From Tubiluchus corallicola (lineage: Eukaryota; Animalia; Priapulida): a stretch of 64,000 bases of DNA. The translations under genes and the position numbers were made by a program. The stretch spans positions 11,777-75,776 of the forward strand of contig JAQGDQ010000961.1 in the NCBI GenBank assembly GCA_030141605.1, given 5' to 3'. How positions within the stretch are numbered: position 1 is the first letter of the stretch; the number at the start of each line of letters is the position of its first letter. Shown one piece after another: positions 51,201 to 62,400 of this stretch. Below the pieces are notes generated by a model, which was given only the letters and a program-made list of their open reading frames with translations, made no database searches and had not been told where the DNA came from.

Positions 51201-54200
51201 AGCTTAAAAAATATGTTTTGAAATTTTATATCACTTACGTACTGCCTTTTTGCAGGTAGAGATTGCGTCGACAGTAACGCTGTATAAAACCTGTAAATTT
51301 AAACTCCCGCCATGACCGTTAGACGCAGCCATTTTAATGGTAGGTCGTTTGAAGCAAGTTTAGATAACATTAAGTAAAGTTTGAAAAATAATCAGAGCAC
51401 GCGTAGCACACATGTTACTAACTAAATAAAATTTAAATTACTGTATCTTGTCAATAAAAAAATAAGTTTTTGGTTAATGAGTGGTGCACCCTGGAGAGTG
51501 AGCCAGCAACTTTCTACCAACTGGCACGAACATTTTAAATTATTATATTTAGTTACATAAGTCTTTCCAGCAGGTAAGCAAAATGCTAAGTAATATAACT
51601 TTGCATGGAAAATTTTTCGGGACATAGTTAAACATTTCCCTTTCTTCCATCGCTTGCGTAGGTGACGCCATGTATTGCAGGACATTTAAAAATGAAAACA
51701 GACATTTGTGCGGCTGCTAAGTGTTTTGTAGAAACGCGACAAAAAACAATGCCAAACTTTCTCAAGATTATGTTTTTCAGTGTGTAACCTGCATCTCAAC
51801 TTCAACGTGGATTATCTTAGCTTAGAAATAACATAAAGCAATGAGCTTGGTATCAAATGATTCTCATGAAATGAGGATTCAGGATATGTGAATAACTAGA
51901 AAAGCTTAACTGCTGACTTATGGACGATAATGTTATCCAAGCACACGTATAGACCTTCATATTTATACATTTGCAGATACATAATTCAGTATTATAATGA
52001 AACCAACAAATAAATACATACATTTGCTGATAAAAGGTGCATACGCTGAGCCAGTTCTTCAGCGCTCACGCCACCTGGTGGTGCGGTGGCTCCGTCGTGT
52101 TTTATGGCTGCTGAAATCTTTGCCGAAAGTGATGCAGAATCATAACCCAGTAGACTAAGAAATTTTCCTCTAGGCTCTTTTTCAAAGTTCACCTAAAGTT
52201 TTAAAATCAAATATCAAAAAAAGCTCAAAGCTTAAATGTGTATTGACTTATTAAGATGAACAATTTTTATGTCAACAAAAAAGCTCACAGAGTTAAACGT
52301 ATTTAATGTGTATTAACTTACTAAGATGAACAATTTTTATGTCAACAAAAAAAGCTCAGAGTTAAACGTATTTAATGTGTATTGACTTACTAAGATGAAC
52401 AATTTTTATGTCAACAAAAAAGATCAGAGCTAAACGTATTTAATGTGTATTGACTTATTAAGATGAACAATTTTTATGTCAACAAAAAAGCTCAGAGCTA
52501 AACGTATTTAATGTGTATTGACTTATTAAGATGAACAATTTTTATGTCAACAAAAAAAGCTCAGAGTTAAACGTATTTAATGTGTATTGACTTACTAAGA
52601 TGAACAATTTTTATGTCAACAAAAAAGATCAGAGCTAAACGTATTTAATGTGTATTGACTTATTAAGATGAACAATTTTTATGTCAACAAAAAAGCTCAG
52701 AGCTAAACGTATTTAATGTGTATTGACTTATTAAGATGAACAATTTTTATGTCAACAAAAAAGATCAGAGCTAAACGTATTTAATGTGTATTGACTTACT
52801 AAGATGAACAATTTTTATGTCAACAAAAAAGATCAGAGCTAAACGTATTTAATGTGTATTGACTTATTAAGATGAACAATTTTTATGTCAACAAAAAAGC
52901 TCAGAGCTAAACGTATTTAATGTGTATTGACTTACTAAGATGAACAATTTTTATGTCAACAAAAAAAGCTCAGAGTTAAACGTATTTAATGTGTATTGAC
53001 TTACTAAAATGAACAATTTTTATGTCAACAAAAAAAGTTCAGAGTTAAACGTATTTAATGTGTATTGACTTACTAAGATGAACAATTTTTATGTCAACAA
53101 AAAAGATCAGAGCTAAACGTATTTAATGTGTATTGACTTATTAAGATGAACAATTTTTATGTCAACAAAAAGCTCAGAGCTAAACGTATTTAATGTGTAT
53201 TGACTTATTAAGATGAACAATTTTATGTCAACAAAAAAGCTCAGAGCTAAACGTATTTAATGTGTATTGACTTACTAAGATGAACAATTTTTATGTCAAC
53301 AAAAAAGCTCAGAGCTAGACGTATTTAATGTGTATTGACTTACTAAGATGAACAATTTTCACTGTTGCTAACAGGCAGAACAATGTTACAATAAACAAAG
53401 AAACTACTCATTGTTGCTAACAGGCAGAACAATGCTTCAATAAACAAAGAAACAACTCACTGTTGCTAACAGGCAGAACAATGTTACAATAAACAAAGAA
53501 ACAACTCATTGTTGCTAACAGGCAGAACAATGTTACAATAAACAAAGAAACAACTCATTGTTGCCAACAGGCAGAACAATGTTACCTTTAAAAATCTCCA
53601 GAAGCTTAACTCTTGCGGATCTTTACCGGCTTCGATTTTTGCAGAGCAGAAGTCCGAAAAGGCGCCGGTCTCCAACGCGGTCTCCAAACGCTTCGATTTT
53701 TCCAAAAGAACGGTTTCCGTGACAACTTGACTAATATTTACCAAGCGCTGAGGTGCTGCATCCTTTTGACTGACAGGTGAATTGGCAAAGGACACCAGCT
53801 TGCCACCAAACTACCAATATAAACAAAAGCTACAGAGATAATGAAAAACTTTCAGTCACATAATGAGTGATAGTTACACAATGGATAGTCACATAATGAG
53901 TAATAATTACATAATGGATAGTCACATAATGACTGATAGTTACATAATGGATAGTCACATAATGAGTCATAGTTACATAATGGATAGTCATACAATGAGT
54001 GATAGTTACATAATGGATAGTCACATAATGAGTGATAATTACATAATGAGTGATAGTTACATAATGGATAGTCACATAATGAGTTGTAGTTACATAATGG
54101 ATAGTCGGATAATGAGATAGTTACATAATGGATAGTCACACAATGAGTGATAGTTACATAATGGATAGACACATAATGAGTGATAGTTACATAATGGATA

Positions 54201-56319
54201 GACACGTAATGAGTGATAGCTACATAATGGATAGAAGACACATAATGAGTGATAGTTACATAATGGATAGTCAAATAATGAGATAGTTACATAATGGATA
54301 GTCACACAATGAGTGATAGTTACATAATGGATAGTCACACAATGAGTGATAGTTACATAATGGATAGACACACAATGAGTGATAGTTACATAATGGATAG
54401 ACACATAATGAATGATAGTTACATAATGGATAGTCACATAATGAGATATAGTTAACGACGACAAACAAATCTTCTTATGTTATAAATGGTTCAAAAACTT
54501 CAACTCAAAACTGATACACAAACATTAAAACCAACTTTAAACAAAAAGACCTGCATTTTAGGAGAAATTACAATAATTTCCGTATCAAACTGCGTTTATT
54601 CTCAACAGAAATTTCGTATTTACAATTTTAGCAAAATCTTGTGGAAAAACATGCATAAATGCAATGCTAATAACACACTCTCAAGCAATGAAAAGCACTT
54701 CTAGTTGTGCCCAAAAGTCTAACTGTTTTTACAGTCCAAAAAATCGCAAATATTGCAGCACCAGATTTTTTTTTTAGATAAATCTGAATCCGTATTTATT
54801 CAAAGTCCAGAATTTTTCGGGAAAGTCTATTTGACATGCAAATCAGAAGTTTTAGCTCAATGCCCATGTTTCTGCATCCTAACCAGTATTTTAACGCCCA
54901 TCACTGCTAACTCTTTGAATCACGAATTTTATTGAAATGTAGCAAAAAAAGGTTGTATTTTTACTGTTCAAAACGTAGCAACTAAAACTTATAGAAAGAA
55001 CACACTCTTGGAGTACAATCAGGGGTGTATCAAGAGTTTTACGATGCCCTACACTGATAGTTTTGTCCCGCCCATCTCTATTGTGAATTTATTAATGTTT
55101 GTGTAGTGAGCAGATCAAACAATTATTTGTGGTGTATTAGAAACACTATTAACCTAGTTTCTACGTGGTCATTATTTGCGTAGCGCATATATTCAAGTTG
55201 ACTGCTGCTTATTGTATAATACCTTGCACCTATAAGTGTTCCACCTGTAAGTGGCACTTAAATAGATGGTCAAACTGTAACTGCCTGTGGTGTGTTGTAA
55301 AATGCACCCTTTACATGAACATGAAAGTATGCACATTTTCGGGAGAATAAAAATTTTTTCTAAAACGTGACACACCTCAAACTTTGGCGCCCTAGGCTAT
55401 AGCCTAGCTAGTCTATTGGTTAATATACCCCTGAGTACAATACAAAAATGAAAAAGCAAACTTAAACATTCAGTATAGCACACTATGAATTATGACACAA
55501 TAACACGAACATTACGACAAACTAACTAAGCATATTTATTTTGAAGCTTGCCATCAAAATCGATGCTCATTATAGAAAACAGTAGTAGAAATAGTAATAG
55601 TTTATTGTCACATACGACCATTTTGTTACATAGTCATGTAATTCAACACATACAGAAGACACACTTACTACAAAAGAAGCCCCAACTGGACGTCGAAGCC
55701 ACTTTGGAGGCTTTTTCAACACCTGTACTTGAGTCTCGTGCTGTTGTTTTAATTGATGGGCGGGTGGCTGTGCATACGGATCTGTTGATGTGCCAAATGA
55801 ATCCGCAATCTGTGGAAATATGGTAAACAAATGAACGGATAAACAACACAAGATTTCACAAACAACTAAATAATACTATTCTGTAGATTTAGTGAAGCTG
55901 TGGGTAGAAGATGAGAGTCGAGAGGTTTAGTAGAGAGTGACACTTGGATGAAATATCTTTCAAATAAAAATACAAAAGTGCAAATACAAAAAAGAAATGG
56001 ACTTGCAAATTTGCCAGCGATAAACTATACGAGTGAACTTGTGATTTTGCAACCTAGATTTTATGACATTTAAGGTAAGTGTTTCGCTTTAAAATTAGTC
56101 ACATGCGCATTATTCGTTAATTAAAATTAATTAATCACTGCAACCTAGTCCACTATTTGTAAGGAAAATTTGCAGTGTTATTAATTTTAATTTACTGGTA
56201 AAAAACTCGTAAAGCAAAATTAATTAATAACGAGACGAGGGCAAGAATAATTTAAAAGCGAAGTGCATATTCCTTAAATGCTATAAAATCGAAATGGACT
56301 CATAATAATAATAATAATA

Positions 56320-56409
<90 letters not shown>

Positions 56410-59400
56410 GTAATAATAGTAATAGTAATAGTAATAGTAATTAATAGTAATAGTAATAGTAATAGTAATAGTAATAGTAATAGTAATAGTAATAGTAATA
56501 GTAATAGTAATAGTAATAGTAATAGTAATAGTAATAGTAATAGTAATAGTAATAGTAATAGTAATAGTAATAGTAATAGTAATAGTAATAGTAATAGTAA
56601 TAGTAATAGTAATAGTAATAGTAATAGTAATAGTAATAGTAATAGTAATAGCAATAACAATAGTAATAGCAATAGCAATAGTAAAAGCAATAGTAATAGT
56701 AATAGCAGTAGCAGTAGCAATAGCAATAGTAATAGTAATAATAATAGTAATAGCAATAGCAATAGCAATAGCAATAGCAATAGTAATAGTAATAATAATA
56801 GTAATAGCAATAGCAATAGCAATAGCAATAGCAATAGCAATAGCAATAGCAATAGCAATAGCAATAGCAATAGCAATAGCAATAGCAATAGCAATAGCAA
56901 TAGCAATAGCAATAGCAATAGCAATAGCAATAGTAATAGTAATAGCAACAGCAATAGCAATAGCAATAGTAATAGTAATAATAATAGTAATAGCAATAGT
57001 AATAGTAATAGTAATAGCAATAGTAATAGTAATAGTAGTAATAATGATGATGATGATAATAATAATTTATTAACCACAAATCTAAGAACTACTAAGGCTT
57101 TACAATCGTTAACAGATAAAAAGCATGAATAAATTAATTACACCACGAGTATACAGAAAACAACAACAAAACTGAAAGCATAAAACAGTGCATAATACAT
57201 ATCATATATTGCACAACGTAATCTGGCAACATATATTAACCTATAAAATTACGATACTGTAAGTGTTACCTTATTTGGGCTCGTGTGAAGCTGTGCATGT
57301 GATCCCATTAGTGAATATACATTGATGTGTCCATCAAAAGCAGCTGCGGATATAATAGCTGGATTTCTTGGACACCAGGAAACATCGAAGCTCCATTGAT
57401 TACTTGTTGGCAATTCATACACCACCTGGTGGAAAAGTAAAGAATCAAACACATGCAATTAGATTTTCACCATTAAAGCACAGGAACAGCGTACGAGTAG
57501 CTATTAACTATTGAAGTACAACAGCCCTAAACCAGGCAGGAACAGTCTGATATGTGTTTGTTTTCGGCAACCAGTGTTATACTACACAGTTAGCTAAAGA
57601 TGTTATCGAACAATTTGTTTGAAATGTTAGAAAACGTATCAAAATGTGAACATTGAAAAACAAGAAAGTATACTCGTAGACTTCTTGTAGAAACTGTAAG
57701 ATGGAAGCAGACGCCAAGGCATACACACGCATGTAACTGTGCACTGAGTGGTAATGGTGCAGTTCAGAATGAAGAGCACAAGCTGTACCACTGTACACAC
57801 GCATGTGACTGTGCACTGAGTGGTAATGGTGCAGTTCAGGACGAAGAGCACATGCTGTACCACTGTACACACGCATGTGACTGTGCACTGAGTGGTAATG
57901 GTGCAGTTCAGGATGAAGAGCACATGCTGCATCACTGTACACACGCATGTGACTGTGCACTGAGTGGTAATGGTGCAGTTCAGAATGAAGAGCACAAGCT
58001 GTACCACTGTACACACGCATGTGAATGTGCACCGAGTGGTAATGGTGCAGTTCAGAATGAAGAGCACATGCTGTACCACTGTACACACGCATGTGACTGT
58101 GCACTGAGTGGTAATGGTGCAGTTCAGAATGAAGAGCACATGCTGTACCACTGTACACACGCATGTGACTGTGCACTGAGTGGTAATGGTGCAGTTCAGG
58201 ATGAAGAGCACATGCTGCATCACTGTACACACGCATGTGACTGTGCACTGAGTGGTAATGGTGCAGTTCAGAATGAAGAGCACAAGCTGTACCACTGTAC
58301 ACACGCATGTGACTGTGCACCGAGTGGTAATGGTGCAGTTCAGAATGAAGAGCACATGCTGTACCACTGTACACACGCATGTGACTGTGCACCGAGTGGT
58401 AATGGTGCAGTTCAGGACGAAGAGCACATGCTGTACCACTGTACACACGCATGTGACTGTGCACCGAGTGGTAATGGTGCAGTTCAGGACGAAGAGCACA
58501 TGCTGTACCACTGTACACACGCATGTGACTGTGCACTGAGTGGTAATGGTGCAGTTCAGGACGAAGAGCACATGCTGTACCACTGTACACACGCATGTGA
58601 CTGTGCACTGAGTGGTAATGGTGCAGTTCAGGACGAAGAGCACATGCTGTACCACTGTACACACGCATGTGACTGTGCACTGAGTGGTAATGGTGCAGTT
58701 CAGGATGAAGAGCACATGCTGTATCACTGTACACACGCATGTGACTGTGCACTGAGTGGTAATAGTGCAGTTCAGAATGAAGAGCACATGCTGTACCACT
58801 GTACACACGCATGTGACTGTGCACCGAGTGGTAATGGTGCAGTTCAGAATGAAGAGCACATGCTGTATCACTGTACACACGCATGTGACTGTGCACCGAG
58901 TGGTAATGGTGCAGTTCAGGATGAAGAGCACATGCTGTACCACTGTACACACGCATGTGACTGTGCACTGAGTGGTAATGGTGCAGTTCAGAATGAAGAG
59001 CACATGCTGTACCACTGTACACACGCATGTGACTGTGCACTGAGTGGTAATGGTGCAGTTCAGAATGAAGAGCACATGCTGTATCACTGTACACACGCAT
59101 GTGACTGTGCACTGAGTGGTAATGGTGCAGTTCAGGACGAAGAGCACATGCTGTACCACTGTACACACGCATGTGACTGTGCACTGAGTGGTAATGGTGC
59201 AGTTCAGGACGAAGAGCACATGCTGCATCACTGTACACACGCATGTGACTGTGCACTGAGTGGTAATGGTGCAGTTCAGAATGAAGAGCACATGCTGTAC
59301 CACTGTACACACGCATGTGACTGTGCACCGAGTGGTAATGGTGCAGTTCAGAATGAAGAGCACAAGCTGTACCACTGTACACACGCATGTGACTGTGCAC

Positions 59401-62400
59401 TGAGTGGTAATGGTGCAGTTCAGGACGAAGAGCACATGCTGTACCACTGTACACACGCATGTGACTGTGCACTGAGTGGTAATGGTGCAGTTCAGAATGA
59501 AGAGCACAAGCTGTACCACTGTACACACGCATGTGACTGTGCACTGAGTGGTAATGGTGCAGTTCAGGACGAAGAGCACATGCTGTACCACTGTACACAC
59601 GCATGTGACTGTGCACTGAGTGGTAATGGTGCAGTTCAGAACGAAGAGCACATGCTGTACCACTGTACACACGCATGTGACTGTGCACCGAGTGGTAATG
59701 GTGCAGTTCAGAATGAAGAGCACAAGCTGTACCACTGTACACACGCATGTGACTGTGCACTGAGTGGTAATGGTGCAGTTCAGGACGAAGAGCACATGCT
59801 GTACCACTGTACACACGCATGTGACTGTGCACTGAGTGGTAATGGTGCAGTTCAGAATGAAGAGCACATGCTGTACCACTGTACACACGCATGTGACTGT
59901 GCACTGAGTGGTAATGGTGCAGTTCAGAATGAAGAGCACATGCTATATCACTGTGAAAAAGCTGCATTTGTCAGAAACAAGACTGTTTTCAATGACATTA
60001 ACAAGGATTCGCTACTAAATATTTTCTCTCAGCAGAACGGCAAGCTAGTCATCAATTTTGTGTCTGAATGTTTAAAGTTATTTTAATTGTTAATTAATAA
60101 ATTTGAGTATTGTTCTAATCTAATCTAATCTAATCTAATCTAATCTAATCTAATCTAATCTAATCTATTCTAATCTAATCTAATCTAATCTAATTAGTAC
60201 ATACCTCACCGCCTTGTATATTGCTATTAGGATTCCAGCATAGAATACGATTATCTTTACCACAACTAAGTAAAAGATCAGGATCCTGTGGACACCAGGC
60301 TACGCTTAGTATACCTCTAAAACAAACAGTCAAATCAGATAAATAAACTAGTTGTACCCCAAGTGTTTGATGGATACGTAAAAACCAGACCTAACCATTC
60401 AAAACTTTTGAGCTTCTATAAGACTATACAACACTTTCCCATTTTCTACATTTGGCACAAACATTGCTAAAAATGTCAAAATTAACAGTTTTTGCTCCCA
60501 GACTTTTTAAAAAAGGCACATTAATATATCGAGATAAAATTATTTATTGATATTACTATGATAGGTAGGCAATATTATGTAACAAGAAACATCTCACCCT
60601 CAGTGATAGTCATTATCAACGAGAGAGGGGCAGTTTGTAAGTTGTACAACAGGACTGGAATGCTTTTTATGCAAACTAGGGAAAATGACACAGACCCTTG
60701 AACAAATTTACGACATCCTACTCATGGACAAAGTCTATTTGGGAACGCTGTCGTTTCAACAGTATTCGGGTCTGTCGGAGACCAAGAACAATTCTTTGTT
60801 CACTATATTCCCCCAACAGAGATTAAAGACTAATATTCAATTTAACAACATAAAAAACCAGCTTTTAGGAATGAACATGTTTATTAGCCGCGGCCGAATG
60901 TTTCGACTAAGCAATCATTTTCAGTCAAATCAAAAAGAATTGTATATTTAAACGGAAGTGGTGCTGACAAGTTACTGACATAGCAGTGTCTAGTTTTTTG
61001 CTGGATTAATGCTGCGTTTACCTATTTTGAGGGCGAATTTCTTCTTTTTTTGAATTCTGCCTGCCCAATGTCTACAATTGACATAACAGTCTTGTGATTA
61101 TATGATGATGATATTACAATACTAAGGCACACAATACATCTTTACAAAATCAAAGAACAGAATTCAAATTATCAGAATAAATGTGGATCTGACTAGAAAG
61201 AAATTCAAAAGAAATGTAAAAAATTACCTTACAGGAAACTAATTACCTTACAGGAAACTATCACGGGAACTTTTTTTAATCTCATATACAGTAGTCGCCA
61301 CTTAATAGACTCACAGTTAATAGACTCAATCACTTAATTGACTCAAAAACACCTGAAACGGGCAGCTTCTGTTCAAATATACATAAAAACTATCGGTAAT
61401 TGACTCAAATAACTCCGCATAATTGACTCAATATTTTTCCTTCCCATACTTAAAGTAAGATATTTGTATGTGCCCAAAACAGCCTTACCTACTTTTATGT
61501 CATCTTCACTTCCCTTTTGTGCATTATATATGTTGAAACTATCATGTTTGTTTGTAAACAAGTACGTTTATCATGCGGTGATACCGCTAGCGTAGCGGTT
61601 TTGCTTTGAAACTGTTACCCGCTCGCCCACTGTTACCCAAAGAATTTCTGGAAGCTAAACATTTAATCACTTGGCTAACGGTTTCCTTTTGATGCTCTTG
61701 TTGCAAATCACGCTTTCAGGCTTAATGAGTCAAAGATGCAGATACAGTACTCAGCCAGTATTCCTTGTGACTTACAAGAGTACAGACCATACAGCAAATA
61801 AGAGCATAGAGTTGAGAAGTTTGAAAAATGGAGCAAAAACGTAAAGATCTAACAGTTAAGGAGAAATAGAAAATTTTAGAGCAGTACGATAGGCTTCCAA
61901 ACATGGGGCAGAGGTGTGCAGCAGCACAGTTGAAAATTTCCCAAAGTACTCTCGGCAGAATACTGAAAAACGATCTGAAATTGAGCAGTCAGCAAGGCAA
62001 AATGAGAATCTAGCATCTAAGAGGCGATGCACAGGAAAAGACTGAGTTTAAAAGTGTGGTTTACAAACTCAAGAGAAAAAGATGCTCGAGTGAACGCTCC
62101 TTTAAAGCCCCAGCAAGCAGAAGATTTGGCAAAGAAAATGGGAAAGGAAGATTTTGTTGCAACAGATGGGTGGTTTCAGTGATGGAGAAAGCGTGAAAAC
62201 ATCGCGTACAAACGTATCCATGGTGAGGAAAAGGATGCTGATGTTCCAGCTGCTTTTTAATTTATTGTTAATACACTTGTATAAATTAATATTTTAAAAT
62301 ATTTTTTCTTATTTTTAACTGCACAAAGGAATTTAATCATTACTTCGTTTCTAAAATTCATTAAAAGCCCTTGCAGTGCATAATAAGCTGATGACTCATA

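Noticed and set aside
56274-57079. Poly-Leu and Tyr/Cys ORFs
   Set aside because: Microsatellite translation.
57577-60086. 744-796 aa ORFs as protein-coding genes
   Set aside because: By-products of a stop-free 72-bp unit inside a SEC31 intron; no unique domains or convincing in-phase splice sites.
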